From assembly GCA_000934665.2 (NCBI GenBank), contig KZ538080.1, positions 62,001-126,000 of the forward strand: DNA of 64,000 bases, in the 5' to 3' direction. Below, piece by piece: positions 12,701 to 26,860 of the stretch (its first letter is position 1; each line of letters begins with the position of its first letter). The notes beneath the pieces were generated by a model that saw nothing but the letters and a program-made list of their open reading frames with translations, was not told the DNA's origin and ran no database searches. The position numbers and the translations under genes were made by a program. Origin of the DNA: Catajapyx aquilonaris. Taxonomy: Eukaryota.

Positions 12701-14649
12701 GTTTCCCTCCAAGCATTCATAACTTTTCCCTGATTATTACGTCTACCCTTCCCCGATAGTACACGTAACAGTAGTAAAAGTTTTCCCGTCGCGGTTGTAT
12801 AGGTCGGGAGCACTTAAAATCAACCACCATCCCCTATAAATTCGGCTGACTATAACGCACCTGCCATGAGTATCATGCACTGATAGTACTGGGTCAGTAG
12901 CCTTTTGCACCTTCTGGTACACCCTGTACCCTATTATAATTATCATCCTGAAACATGCAAGCTCGTTAAAAAAATAAGCCGATATAATCAGTGGGGAGCA
13001 AATCGACTTCCCCCACCTTCTTAGAAGAAAAATTCCAGAGTCTGGTCTTCTACACATCTGATCGATCTAAGACGACTAGGGGGGTGTTGGAAGAAGGTGG
13101 GTAGGAGGGCAGGGATGGTTAGGGCGGGCTGTGCTTCCACCTGCACATTGATGGGCCCCCACGCGGTCGTTTTTGGGGCGGGACCCCCACCACCAACTTC
13201 CTCATCAAATCTCACGTTGCCTGGGAGGAAACTTCTTCAGCACCAAGTACAAGTACATACAGGGTGATTCAAAATCGTCAAAAAAATAGCCCGACCTTGA
13301 CCTTCCCCACCATTACCCGCACCAAGCAACAAAATATCGATAAAATACAATGCATTGAAATATCGGGCCATATTGACACCTCCTTAATCATCCCTTGGGA
13401 AACATACAAATAAGGAATGTGGTGTCAGGGAATGAAGACGGATCATGGGCTCCTTTCCCAGCTGCCGTCGCAATGCGGGACACTATACTTTTTGGTTCAG
13501 TAAAAAAAAAAAGAGAGGCGGGAAAAGGGGTCCAAACTCCAGTCTCAAAAGGCCCTGTGCTACTTGGGAGTTCTCAAGCGTTTGGGGATCCTTTCATTAG
13601 GAGGGCTTGAAAAAGGCAGGGGTAGATAACCCCCGCTGTAGTGTTTCAAACCGACATTCCTGCATGTAGGAGGTTCATTCAAGACAGCAGCTGTCACCTA
13701 TCCACAGTGCACTTATTCAGCACCAGCAACCTAAATGTATTGCACTATAATACGCAACCACAACATAGGTTTGCACTCTCATATTAGCTAACTGGTCACG
13801 CACAAATGCGTAGGCACCGCCCTCTTGGTCCAATCACATATTTAGTTCTTCAGCCACAATGTTGGGCTCTAATAAAGTCCCAATTTCAGCATTTCTAATT
13901 TCCCAGGCATTCCTGTCTCAGGTAGGTATACAAACAAAATGTTCCATCCCGAGTCCATAAATCAACTGGACAATAGTTGAAGGCCAGTGTAACCTTTTCC
14001 CCCTTTAAAAAATTCATTGGATCGGTCCTTCTTTTATGTGATGGCCATATTCATTTCCAGCAAGCAGCCCAATTCCACAGTGGGGGGGCCCTCCCCAGTC
14101 TCCCCTAGCTCTCCAGTACCCTTCGAGCCAAAAACCGAGCAGAGGCCTGAATCTTTAAAGCTTGGTTGCGGCTCCTGCCTGCAGATGCACGAGGACGGAA
14201 TAAACAGATTCATAAGCGTAAAGAAGTGGTTTCATCAGCTACATGACCTGGCATTGGGTTCCCCCTTGGGTTCTCACCTCCCAAAATGTCTGCAAGTGCC
14301 TCTCATCAAACTCAAACATCCCCTTTTCCTTAGAATTTCCCCCCTAATATTTGACAGGGTTTTAAAGGGGGCTAAAAGGGTGTTCAAGTTTGGCAAACAA
14401 CGATGTTGACTGTTGTAGGCAGGTGCTGGTATATAATTTCCAGCTGGGTGTCCCGCGCCACCGAAGTGTACATTGCAGGCCACATTTTGACACCTACTTG
14501 AACGCAACAGTGATTTTAGGAGAAAATTGCGGTCAGCTCTTGTAAATATACGCTGGTGTTGTACTGTACAAGCTGTAGTAAAACATCACTCCAATTTCAA
14601 AATCATTTTTGTCAAATATTTTAAATGAGAAAATGAGCGTGTCCTATAC

Positions 14650-14728
14650 GGGTCTCGGACTTTTCGCCCCCGCCGTTTCGCCCCCGGACTTTTAGTCCCC
14701 GGCATATTGGCCCCCGTGACATATTCGT
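14650..14728 (+). mobile_element. Solo TIR fragment of the same family, adjacent to SINE copy 1
   Basis: CGGACTTTTCGCCCCCGCCGTTTCGCCCCCGGACTTTTAGTCCCCGGCATATTGGCCCCCGTGAC is nearly identical to 34961-35035. Confidence 0.7.
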
Positions 14729-14745
14729 CGTGGTGGGACGCTAGT

Positions 14746-15046
14746 AACCGAAGCAGGTTGGTGTGGTGGTTAAGGAGTCCGATTGCTAATCGGGAGATAC
14801 TGGGTTCGATTCCTGGGGCGGGTGATCCTGACGGTGCGGTGGTTTCCCACGGTCCCACCAGGATAATTCCGGGATCGCTTCCGTATAATAGGCCACAGCC
14901 GCTTCCTTCCCTGTGCCACTTTATGCCCTACAGCCATTTATGCCACTTCCTGCCCTATCCTTGGCCCCATCCAATGGTGGTATTCCACCCCCCTAATTGA
15001 GCGCCGATTCTTCGAATGGGGTAATATCAAATAAAATAAATATATA
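14746..15046 (+). mobile_element. tRNA-derived SINE, copy 1
   Basis: A-box-like TGGTGTGGTGG, B-box GGTTCGATTCC and A-rich tail. 10-bp TSD GGACGCTAGT at 14736-14745 and 15047-15056. Homologous to copies at 44719 and 61819. Confidence 0.85.
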
Positions 15047-18000
15047 GGACGCTAGTCATATCCGTGTTAAAAACCTACAAAATATTTTACCGCCAAACTT
15101 GTTGCATCGACAGTACTGCACATGCGGCCTTACATAAGTATCCTTCAACAACCCTCATGCTTTGCGGTCAGCCCCATCACGCAGGGGCTGTAAAATTCGA
15201 CCGTAAATACCAGGTACCGAAATGTAAAATCGCACCGTGTTTTCAACGTCATCAAACTAATTTCCTTAACGTGAACTGCCATGGTTTGAAACTAATCCCT
15301 AATCTCCGGTTACCAAATTTTGGGATCCACTTTGGGCCAAAGCCTGCGATGAACCCGTCAACTTCAACAACCTTCTTAACTCGCCCCATTAAGTATGGAG
15401 GTTTGTTAGAAGAGGAAAAGATGACAAGGAAGTTGGCGCCGTTTCTTCCCCTTCAACGACCTCTAGTCCAATTTGTGTTCAACTACTTTATTGCTGTTTG
15501 GACCAAAAAATCGGCCCCAGATTATGAGGCGTGAAATTACTTTTCGGAAAGATCCCCCCCAAAAAATGACACCACCCTGGAATTTGTTTCCATCTCCAAA
15601 CGTCTTAAGAGAGGGCAAAAGTTCCGCAGCCATATTGATTTTGGAGTGAGAGACCAATGTCGATACGTAGTAATTCAATTTTTTCCCCCTTACTCATTTC
15701 CTTTCGTAGTAATGGGTCGATTTTTCTTTTTCCCCTCGTAAGAAGTCTCGATTAGCGATTTGGAATCGGGTTCTGTACAAGTCTAGACAGCATTCCCCTC
15801 ATGGTTGTTCCGCCTTCCGCAGTAGCCGTCGCATGCCACTTGACCGGATTCTCGAGAGTGCTTACGACACCATAGTTCACATAATACGACCTGTCAACTT
15901 CCCAAAGTGGCTAAGGGCAAAGTGCAGGATACGAAAATCGGTATGCATGGCGGAAATATTATTTGAAGAATACAAAACATTTTCTAAGCCTCATATGCCT
16001 GGCATCGTCCTTGGCCCCCTTTGAACAGGGCGGAAGAACCGGACAATAATTACACCACTGACTGGTCCGGCATAAGGATTAAAGAGCAAGTTGCTAACCA
16101 GAAAATGAATGGGTCCGCCGAGAGGTCCAGATTATCTGAAGAGAGAGACCGAAGCCCCATCAAGGACGACTTAAGAGGCTTTCATCTAAAGTGAAAGCTA
16201 ATAAAGACGACATCAACACTGTCGCCATTACCATATAAAGCAATTTAAAAAAAGAAAGTACTTGTTCCAACTCATGATGAAGATTGACTGTCCAAGATAC
16301 AAAGCCTGATAAACGCTGAGTCATATCGAAAAATGGTGTAAACTCCTGTCACATTCACGTGTATGAAATGAGCCACTGATATTCTAATCATTACACCCCC
16401 TGCAAAAAAATGTCAAAGCTACATATCCCCCATGGAATGCTCCATCCCAACCCAGATTTGATATTTGCTAGATTCCAAAAATCCCTGCAAAAAAATAACC
16501 GATGCCGTGCACAAACACATCCGGAGCTTTGATGTCGAATAGTCGGGTGCATAAACCGTATCAAGAAACACTTTGTATGCATTTTCGCCCACTTGTTTTC
16601 CTCGCCACATCAATTCCCAGTCCTTCCTATACACGTTGTCGAGCCTGCTATTACAGACTCTTGTTTCTACAGGATGAGCCGCGCATATCAAGTACGTTTG
16701 TGCCTCACAAAAGCGGCCATTGACAGGTTTAAAACCTCACCACCCAAGATTATTTTCTTTTCGCCTCCAAGCAAATCCTCGGCTCAAAAACTTCCGGACT
16801 CAGGTTTTGACAAAGTTCGGCCTACTTTAACAGTACAGAAAAAAAAAATTGAGGCAGGAGCCAGACTTTTGATGACGACTTCGAGTGCCAAAGTGGTACC
16901 GGAGACGCCAAGCTCATATCTCTTGATTTGGCCCACACCCCCATCGGGCTGGGAAATGACAATCCCCCCCTTTCCTGAACTTTCTTTTCCCTGGGACCAA
17001 GTCCCAGATCAGCTCTTCCAAAAACTTGGGTAGGACCTCCCTCCATTTATGCCATTCCTTTTGGCATGCAGAGTTCAGGGATAACTTTTAGGCGCGGCTT
17101 TTATCTTGGCCCCAAAACAACTGGAACTTGTGAGATCTGTTCATAACGGACTGGTTTTGACTGGTGAAGAAATTGGGTCGGGTGTAAGTACCCTCAAGAA
17201 GGGAACATGACCTCAGAGTTCCTCCACTTTTGGTTAGATCATAGTGAGTATTGAATCATTGCCGGCGACCATGTTGGGCCCGCATGTAGCGGCTTCTAAC
17301 CTTAGTTCAGCGTAGTCCGGTAGGGTCGCCACGTATTAGCACAATAAAAAGCTGTCTCATGGCGCTCTCAAGTGAGCACCTCATGCAAAACGGCAGGCGA
17401 TAAGAGGGAGTGTCCAGACCGTAGTATTCTAAGACCATGAAAGAGCCCTCCCCCAGGTCCACCCCAGCAGACGCCGCCGCTGTCCTCTAGTGAGGAGCGT
17501 CACAATTTATACACCAGGATATTAAAAATAGCGCACTACAAAAATAACGAATACAATATCGAATACAAAAAAAAGTCACGACTATTTCTGTTGGCAATAT
17601 GCGCTATCTTGTTAGTAATATCACAGTACTTCAACCTGTACTGTATCACAAACCACTTCTTGACAATCCTTCTTATCAACAAGCGACTGGATATATGTTT
17701 GCTCTCAAACAGTCTCCAGCCAGAGAATTACGTCGAGTAATTAAATTGCGCAGATACTGCCGTACGCAGCGGACGAAAATTAGATGTAACCGCGAAGAAA
17801 AGGCGTTCTGGCGGAGACGGAACTTTTAATGGGCACAATAAAACAATGCGGTGTCGTAATTAAGTCTCCATTGTTGTATGTACAAGTACGTCTGAACCGA
17901 ATTTATGTGCCCTTGTGTTATGTAAAGTCTGCTCTACCCTGGCTTAAATCAATTTCCACTTTGAAGTTGGTAGCTGGCGGAGTGTGGGATGCGAATTAAA

Positions 18001-19409
18001 AGTGGCGGAGGGGGCAGCGTAATTGAGTAATTCATGTGAGGGCCAGGCAGTAATTCGACCTATCTAGCAACATATTGCATTCATGTTGCTCTCTCATTTA
18101 GCTACTGTTTTGGCTCATGTTGTGGGACTATTTTCTAAATTGAAAAGTGGTTGATTGCCGCTCTGAACGTGCGGAATTAGCATGCTGGGAGCTCCATAAG
18201 TACGTAATGTTGATTGGAAAAATTGCGACGGTCTTTGTTAACGATACGCTCCGAACTGATGGGGGGGAAATTTTTGCATGCACAATTTCACCTATGTTTT
18301 TAATGCATTACGAACGTTTTCAAGCATATCTACATAATCTTACTTTGCGTTCATACAACTGACCCTCATACATTACCAGCATTATGACCTCAATTTTATT
18401 GCAGGCTATAATCCACTCACAGTGACTTTAAATATACGAGTATACCACGTAACGTTATAGCAGCTAATGTTAGTGTATTGGATGGTTGCACACATGTTAC
18501 GACCCTCAAAGTGGGGCACTTCGCACCACCTCATATTTTTGATAATATTACAGCCGTGCAAGTGCTGTTCAGCTGTTTAACTGCTTAATAATCAGCAGTT
18601 CAGTGCTAAAAATCGCTAACTGAAACACACCCCTAAATTGGAGCAGCATAATTGTTTAACGCCAGCAGTTGGTCAATACAAAATTTTGTTCAGCTAACAC
18701 AGTATACCACGCTTATGCAGGCAACAAAAACCCATTGTTACACGTCAAATAAATACACAGTTTATTTGTACGAACCAGTTTTGATACCCTTAGCACACCA
18801 AATTTAAGTTTATCAGCAACACGACTGCTTTTCACGGTACAATTCATCCCACGATCTGAACTGACAAAAACACCTCCAAATTGTTACAAAAGACGGAGAA
18901 ACGCTACCAAAAAAGGGATATCAGTAAACAAGGAAATAATTTCACCCTATACAACGCTATATATTCCCCTGCCCCGCTGGTATCGCAAGTCCGGCTCAGA
19001 AACACGAGCCCAATCTCTTTTTGTATGACGAGCTACATGATATATGTTGGCGGGGATCCTTCTGAGACATGACGCGAATGCGAAAGGGAATGGTGGACGT
19101 CGGCACCCACCTAAAGCCCCAGTAATTTATAGCCCCGGAGAACTGTGATCCAGGCGGACACCTTCAGCCCTTAGCTCTATACAAACATCATCCAGCAACC
19201 TTCCCTTTATTTATTTTTATTTCCCAAAAAAGACACTATATCAGTCTTATCAAAAATTAGCAGAAATTCCTCCTATTTCTCCACCACTTACATGAACATG
19301 TGCTAAACTAATGTGTGGTGACATAGCATAACAACGTTATCGTATTTTCCAGATAAGTGGGTTGATTCATAAGTCCTTGCGCATATTCCGCGTATTCGCG
19401 TTGCTTTAA

Positions 19410-19879
19410 AGGGACACTCCACTCAAAATACAAGTTGGGCTCTATACATCGGGCAAAAAATCCTGATTCCGAGGGTATAAGCAGTTTTCCTGAGAGACGA
19501 ACGGTAAGGTCAGGGCGAGCCGTCAAAGTTCGGCAATTTGAATCTGGCACAAAAGAGCAGCGCCTCTCCCGGGTCTGGCCAGAAATTGGGATAATCCTCA
19601 GCCATCTTTGGTCCGCGCCACAGTCTTCATCTGACCACCTCCCGGCCAAACCCCCACTTTCAGGCCTAAACCAGTTTCGCCTAGTACCCGGTGACGACGC
19701 GGACTAGTGGGATGGGCTAGACTGGCCCCAGCTTATTAGCAGACGACGCAAATTCTGAGACTTTGACGGCTCGCCCTGGCCTTACCGTTCCTCTCTCAAA
19801 AAAACTGCTTATACCCTCGGAATCAGGATTTTTTGCCAGATTTTTGGAGACCAACTTGGTTTTTGAGTGGAGTGTCCCT
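19410..19879. mobile_element. Non-autonomous DNA transposon (Kolobok-like MITE)
   Basis: TTAA on both sides, termini AGGGACAC...GTGTCCCT and ~120-bp imperfect TIRs. No ORF with transposase features. Confidence 0.8.
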
Positions 19880-22800
19880 TTAAGAGCTGTTTAGAGACCG
19901 TCGCCTTAGGGATTACTCCCAAATGGAGCGTCTTCCTTGTTTAAAAAATAAAGAAAACATAGCTCCCATTCCAACGTCGCTTAAAACTCTTCCATTCATG
20001 GGCGCCGAATTCCTGAGGGCTGTGATTCTCGAGATAAATGCACCGCATTCTCCCGAGAAACTATTGGAAGAAATGCGCGCCGAAGGATGGTTTGGAAGTG
20101 ACCAAACTCAACCTGCCTGTTTCAGCCGGCAGATGTGCTCCTCTTTTCGAATCGCGAGTCTCGACAGTCAATTTTACGGCTGAGCGGCCAATCTTCCTCC
20201 GAGACTGAAGCTGACTTGCCTAAAGTTGCGATTTGGAGAAGAAGTTGGCACGACCAAACTGCCGGAGAGACTAATAAACGTCGCGATATATACGGATATT
20301 CGACAGCTGATGACGAGTCTGACTGTACTATTCGACATATAGGGTGTTCCCACTGAATTGACCTAAGAGTTATGAAAATTTAATAGGTAAAAGATGCCTC
20401 CACACAGCATATTAAAAGTAACTATTAAGCTGCTATATTTTTAAAAAAGCACATACCATCAATTTTGACATTCAGGTGACACCTTTAAAGTCATAGTTAA
20501 TGACCTTTCCTTGAAATGTAATTGGCACCCATGCTGTTCATGTGATCCTAATTAAACAAAAAGGCTATACGCTCACAGGCTATATTCCCCTCGACGCAGA
20601 TGAAGTCTAAAAACAACCTAATTAATGTAACTTAACTAACGCATAAGTAGGAGTTCCCCCCCCCCNCCCCCGATATCCGGATAAGGATTGCGTCCTCACA
20701 TCGGCAAGACGTGATCCTGCATTAAGTATAGGAAACGGGGAAACAACCGGCTATAAGTTACACGTTCCGTTCTTTTCGGCTGACGGTTATGATAATTGCG
20801 TATATGTGACCTGTCAGCCTACCCGGTTTTTCTTTCCGGGTGGCCATCATTTTCAATTACAAAAATCTGGACATCCCTCCCGATCCACCCGCTGAATAAT
20901 CGTCGCCCCCCTGCCGATTACACCCGGTAATACATATCGTACCAGCCTGTATCCAGCTTGATTAACTTTTATCCCCCAGCTTTTACAATCCTGGTGGTCT
21001 CAATAATTTTCCACCACGTCCTACGCTTGAAATCGCAGCTCACGATCACTAATTTCACCCGACGAAATTATCCCGCCCTATCAAACTCTGTATGGATCTG
21101 CAGCGGATTACACAGGACGTCCCAGATATGACCTATCATTAGTACGGGCAAATGCTAAGGATCGTATAAAGTCCATATGGTGACATGGGTTTATCTATAT
21201 TATTAATACCCTACTGTGATGGCGATTCCTCCCGCTGTCTACGGCCTACAGCATTGGAAGGGATGTCAAAATTTAGCCCGCGTGTCCTACATTTGCAATA
21301 AACTTTCGCTTTTTGGAAATAGTGCCCAGGGAATTTATAAAACGCAAAAAACGCCGACCGCTTTAAAAATCCACCCACCATGGTGTTCCCATAAACGCCG
21401 TTCCGGCCGCGGGCGCTACCTCCTCTTACTTCGGTAATTCGCCGTCTGATGTCACTGCCCTCTAGGATGTATTGAAATGAATTAATAATTACTTCCTGTA
21501 GTTCACTAAAGTACCATCAGATACATTTTTTAAAACAAAAAATAATACACATCTACTCTATTACGTCACGTTGCTTGTAATGCCATGGGAATTGCAGTAT
21601 CCGCCTACCGGATTTCTAAGGAACTCACATACCGAATCTTGAGGCCCATGCAGTGTATGCAGCACCTTCAGACTATGCGCCAGCACTGTGCTAACATATT
21701 CTCCCCGCGCCCTCCCAAGCTGGTTAAATAATCTTGCTCAACTTGCCCCGAGTTTCGAGACGGATTTAGGAATGCGAGTCTATTTGCAGTGGCAGGTGAG
21801 TTAAGTGATGCAAATCGCTTTACGGCAAGTGTGCAGCAGCGCAAGATGGTAGCCTCTTTTGAAGTAATTAGCTTACAGGGATGAATCCTAGCAAAAGGGG
21901 GATGGGACTGAGAAGGAGAGGTTGGCTCCTATGAGTCCCTTAGGACTGTGTACATGAACTACTTTGCTCTATATACGTAAGGCAAACCAGGTGGCAAAGC
22001 AGAGGTGGGGGGCACTCTTCAAAGCAAATTTCTCCAACTCCGGATCTAATCGGCCCTAAGAGCTGCCTCGGCCCATCTGCTTAAGCGTAACTCGACCTGG
22101 GCCTTTTAGCAGTTAGGGACACCAGACTTCTGACTTATCATTTGGATGGGCAGCATAAAGGTGAAGTTCACAACCATTCAAGAGATGAAGGTGGGATTGC
22201 AAAGGCAGGAGTCCTACTGCAGTCCCAAAAACCACTTAACCCACTGCCCTTTATCCCGCTAACTAACTAACATTGTTCAACTCCTTATAATTCCCCTGTT
22301 TTACAACCTCCCTCGAGTTAATCCTGCTCGCATAACAACTTCCTGGTCAATCAGACTCTCGCCTGAAAGCGCCGTAAGTCAGGAATGGGCTGGCCGCACC
22401 TGCATCGTGTTCATCTTCTCGACTCTACTAAACCAGGTACTACACTTGTGAAATGGTTGCCATGATCATCTCCATTCCCTGGGACTTTCCAACGCAGAAT
22501 CCGGCGCGTAAAGAAGTGGAAAGCACCGCGGCGGGCCGGCTCTCAATCTGCAACACTTGTGCACTTCTGGCACTCATCTCCACTTGAGGCACGAGACCAT
22601 TTCTCCCTTGCCGATGTCATTTGCATCAAATATCCATCAGCTGCCTAGGATGCTTAATTATGTATGCGCGGGAAACACTGAACCCTGGGAGCTCTGTATG
22701 AAACCGCATGGGTGCCCAAGTGATGCTCTGAATGTGCCCGGGAGAAGTGAATTAGCCTCCTTTTTAGACGAATCAATGAGCAAATATTATTTAGATATAT

Positions 22801-23987
22801 TCAAAATTATATTCAACAAGGGTTGACATCAGGTCATCCCTCCTGACCCCACTCAGGGTCGTGGTCGTGGTCCAACAGGTTCGGGATCAGCCTGCAGCCA
22901 GACTGTCCCACAACTCCTCATACAAAAGAGCAGCTAGGTCAGTACCTACACACCACTGCCCCCTAGTGAGGGACGTCACAACCGACAATACACAGCCACC
23001 AGTGTATAATTCTTCAAAAATCTCCATATAAATTCGGGGTTCGGTAGTTTTAATCGACCCAAATGCCGGAGAGAGTTGATAAATCGAGTGCTGGAAAATA
23101 CTATGAAGAGATAGATACCCCTGGCTTTTTCACTTATTGGCATTTCCAAGCGATTCTCTCTCGGGCTACCCATTTTTCTCATGGCTCTGCCCCCTGGATA
23201 TCCGATCTTTATTATTTCCGTGTTAGTGTCTACCGGAAAAGAATGCCCTTGCTTTTTCTCCCATAAAAACTGCGATGGAAGGCACTGTAGCAGGTCTAAC
23301 TTAGCACTGCTTTATCCTTGTCAGTCCCAATTGTAATTTCCAGCAAGGAAACAGATAGGTCACCCCAAGTTGCCATGAACCTCCGCACAATTGATGTATA
23401 GCTCAGCTGCACATCTACAGATATAGCCCATTATAGGCTATACTGCACGGCAACGTTATTCACGCAATGTACCGTGATATTACAGTTGAAAATTATTATA
23501 GAACATTCATGCGCTACAGTGCGGCGAATATCCCTGAATCAGCAGTATATCGACTATAGAACCACAGGAAAAGAGTGATATATGAAATCCACAAGCTTTG
23601 GAGGGAACGTGGCGGATTACAAGAGATGTAAAAATCTACCGTCCCCGCAGATCTCGAGAGTACAATATTCCTTTTCCCTTTGAGGAGAGGATTCCATGTT
23701 TTCAAACGAGATGGAGCTTCCTTTGATATCCCGGAAATTGGCAACCCACAGCGAGTTGTTCTTATCTTGTTTTGGCAGTGGACTTTGTCGAAGAGGATTT
23801 GCGTTTCAGATGACGGGGAGGGTTCCTCCGTTTCGCGTTAATACAATGGCGTTTATGCAAAAGGAAATATATATTTCCAGACTGTGCGTGAGTCTCCAGC
23901 AAAATTATATGGTACATCTGAATCCATGGAAGTTACTCCATAACATTCATGCGCTTCGGCGGTAGAGAACATATGAAACACCCTTAC

Positions 23988-24675
23988 CTGATGATGAAAA
24001 AGGAGATGGGCGCGTTGACCTGGTCATCGAGATACACTGGGATGTAGACCCTGGAGTTTGGGTAAAGCGGGCCTTGAGGAACCAGCATGTGCACCATCTC
24101 GTCCGAACGCACTTCCCTGTAGCCGTGGCGCCCGTGCACCAGAGGAACCGAGGCCAGTGGGGTCACGGGCTGTATCTGCACCCTTGCCATCGGCGCCACA
24201 ACGCATTGCTCGTCCCACGGTTCGAATACAGAGTAGGCCACCTGAACCAGGCTCCGGGGTGGCTTCACTGGCTTCTTCCCCTCGGGGTACAGCGCCGAGG
24301 GCCACCACGACGCCGGAAGGGTCACCTCGGCCAGGCATATGCCGTCGCGGCCTTCCGGGCTGCAAGTGCCTGCAAGGCCTGACCCGGTGGTGCCCTCCAG
24401 GGTGGCGTGGAGGACAATGCACACCCTGGGCCTCTCTGCTTGGTTACCACTCAGTGGTGAACCACCCAGGTTGGCGCTTGTGCCCAGCACCGACGTTGGA
24501 GCCATTTCGTGCCGGAACACCCCCAGGCTCTGCCCGGTGTGGAACAGCACCCTCAGCACGGGGCTGTCGCGTTGGACCTCCGGAGTGACCAGGTGGGCGC
24601 TGATGTCCAGGTTGTGAGCATACAGGTCCACGTCCAGGACGGCTGCCAAAGGAGCCGATGAGTTGGATGCAGTTC
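23988..24675 (-). CDS. TMEM132: TMEM132-family protein, coding exon 3
   Basis: cgcag| phase-1 acceptor and AG|gtaagg phase-2 donor. Encodes LDISAHLVTPEVQRDSPVLRVLFH...CLAEVTLPASWWP...VQVAYSV...HMLVPQGPLYPNSRVYIPVYL, which are TMEM132 motifs. GC-rich, codon-like composition. Confidence 0.92.
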
Positions 24676-24751
24676 CTGCGCGACAGGGTGACAGGACGTG
24701 TCCATACAAGTGTTACAGACCGTGGTTACAATCTATATACACCACAGTATG

Positions 24752-24882
24752 CAGGGTGTCCCAGAAGTCAGCCAAGATTGCATATTCTGGTGGAAATCTC
24801 GCATGCTGGTGCGTATTTCTTACGCATGAGTGAACACAAGAGTTTCACCGTTGCAGTTCTGAGCTGAATATGGGAATACCCT
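24752..24882. mobile_element. Tc1/mariner-like palindromic MITE remnant
   Basis: CAGGGTG...ACCCTG termini with degenerate internal inverted symmetry. Confidence 0.5.
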
Positions 24883-26536
24883 GTGTTTTACAGGTATTGC
24901 TGTGTACCTTTACCTTCCCTTACCAAACCGTACATTAATGTCAAAAGACACGTCCAGTCATGTCCTACTACACATGCGCGTTTACAGGGTCCAAACTTGC
25001 CTGTCGTTCCGTGTTGCCACCTTGGGCATCACGTTTCACGAGCACGCTCCTGGGCCTCGAGCCAAATTCGAAGTTGGTACAGTAATGATACACCCCGGAG
25101 CAAGGGCAGCAACTCATGGATGTGTTTGTACAGTCGCGACATGCAGGATATTGGAAACACACCAAAGTGTCTCTTTTTTCCCTGTTCACATGATCATTGT
25201 AGTAACTCAAGCTCCAGTTTTCAATTAGGCAATAACTATTGCATTCAACAAGGACTTCTCTCTCGTACAGGATTTCAGAGATCACGTTTCGGCGGACACG
25301 TTCAAATTACAGTTATTCGGCCAGGTCACTATCCTTGCTCCAGAGCTCTACAGTCTATCTCTACAAGTCTATAAGGTTAAATCCAGAGTCGACCCGGTGC
25401 TATTTTTTAGAACCAGCACCAGTAAAATTCCAGATCATGCAAAATAGGACCAACCTATATACCACTGCAGTTGAGAAAGATATGTGACTTGCGAAATAAA
25501 TGGCCACATAGAGCCATTAATAAATAATCACTACCCTGGGAACGCGTGTAGCATTTCTCGGGCATTTTAATGACCTCTTTATGGAAAACATGCACCGATG
25601 CAAGTATATACACCTACTCTAGGTATTTTCGCTTCCCGTAACGATTTTCCAGATTACCAACCTGCCGTGTAAGAACTTCCTGAGTCATGAATATCCCAGA
25701 TGAAAATATTGCTTTTACTTGCAGTTTATGCAGTATTAATCTCGTGTGGTGAAACCTTTCAACTTTCGCCAATTGGGGATTGAAATAAGTCCCTCATAAT
25801 CTAACTTCAGAAGCATTATTTCCCAACTGCAGAATTGATTAAGGGAGCTCATGGCCTCTGGCAAGTAATGACAGTGAAAGACAACAATATATAGGATGAC
25901 CTAAAGTAAATGTTAGCGAGTGTCTGATCATAAACGTGCTTATATGCTAATGAACATATTGCAGCTCGCAAATTTTGTGGTTGTATGCAGCAATACGGTA
26001 CGCTCTCATAATATGATAATATTATGATTATGAAAATATGATGGAATAGCACCTGCTCATCGTAACTGTCCATATTTTTAGATCTGGGAAAATGCTATGA
26101 GGTATATGCAATTTCCTGTATGCAAAGCTGGTATATGACGTATGAACTGGACATCATAGAAATGTGTGCTAAGAGCAGCACACATTTGGGCATTACACCA
26201 CTTCAGCCTCTGAAGGCATTTACAATACACACATCTGGTAGGTGTTAAACCAACATCTTGCACCTTCCAGGACGTTATATGCAAAGGCATGATTGGCACA
26301 GTTTCATCGTCTAGACTAGAACCTGCCTTAGGCGCATCTTCCCTTAGTGGTAGACTAACATAAGAGGCAACTCTGGGATTTTGTATCTATATAACCTCAA
26401 TATCGATTCTTGAGCCTACATACACTCAGATCAAGTCTGATACAAAATTTAACACTTGACGCTAATGGATTCGTGTTGATCGTTTGGGATTGCCCAATTA
26501 GCGACAACAGGTACTGTAACTGTAAGTGCCACTCAC

Positions 26537-26860
26537 CATGTGCCAATCCATTGATGGAGACAGACGCAAGCGAGGAGGCCACAGAAGCTTCGGTGGGCAA
26601 TGGCTCTAACGGGTCCGGTACAATGTACCTGGCAGGTACAGTCTGTTTCGTGCTGAAGGGTCCGTACGTGGCACGAACCGCAACCGGTTGCGCCGTCTGC
26701 AGAACTGTGAATCGGTCCACGCTCAACACCATGCTGGAATCACGGTCCTCCACTTCAGTGGTGCTGGTGGCTCCCAAGGACGTGTCTTCAGTGCGAGCAT
26801 GCTTTAAGAAGAATCCTCCATCTTTGTTCTCAAAATGCACCTCCACACCCACAGCCAGGT
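26537..26860 (-). CDS. TMEM132: TMEM132-family protein, coding exon 2
   Basis: tttcag| acceptor and G|gtgagt donor. Encodes VEVHFENKDGGFFLKH...LSVDRFTVLQTAQPVAVRATYGPFSTKQTVPARYIVPDP, the N-terminal motif I recall for arthropod TMEM132 proteins. Confidence 0.88.

Noticed and set aside
13700..14410. Decayed coding-like sequence on the minus strand
   Set aside because: It has multiple stops and no motif that I can assign. A TBLASTX or HMM search would be needed.
24058..24617. Plus-strand ORFs of 176, 102 and 92 aa
   Set aside because: These are antisense shadows of the GC-rich TMEM132 exon 3.
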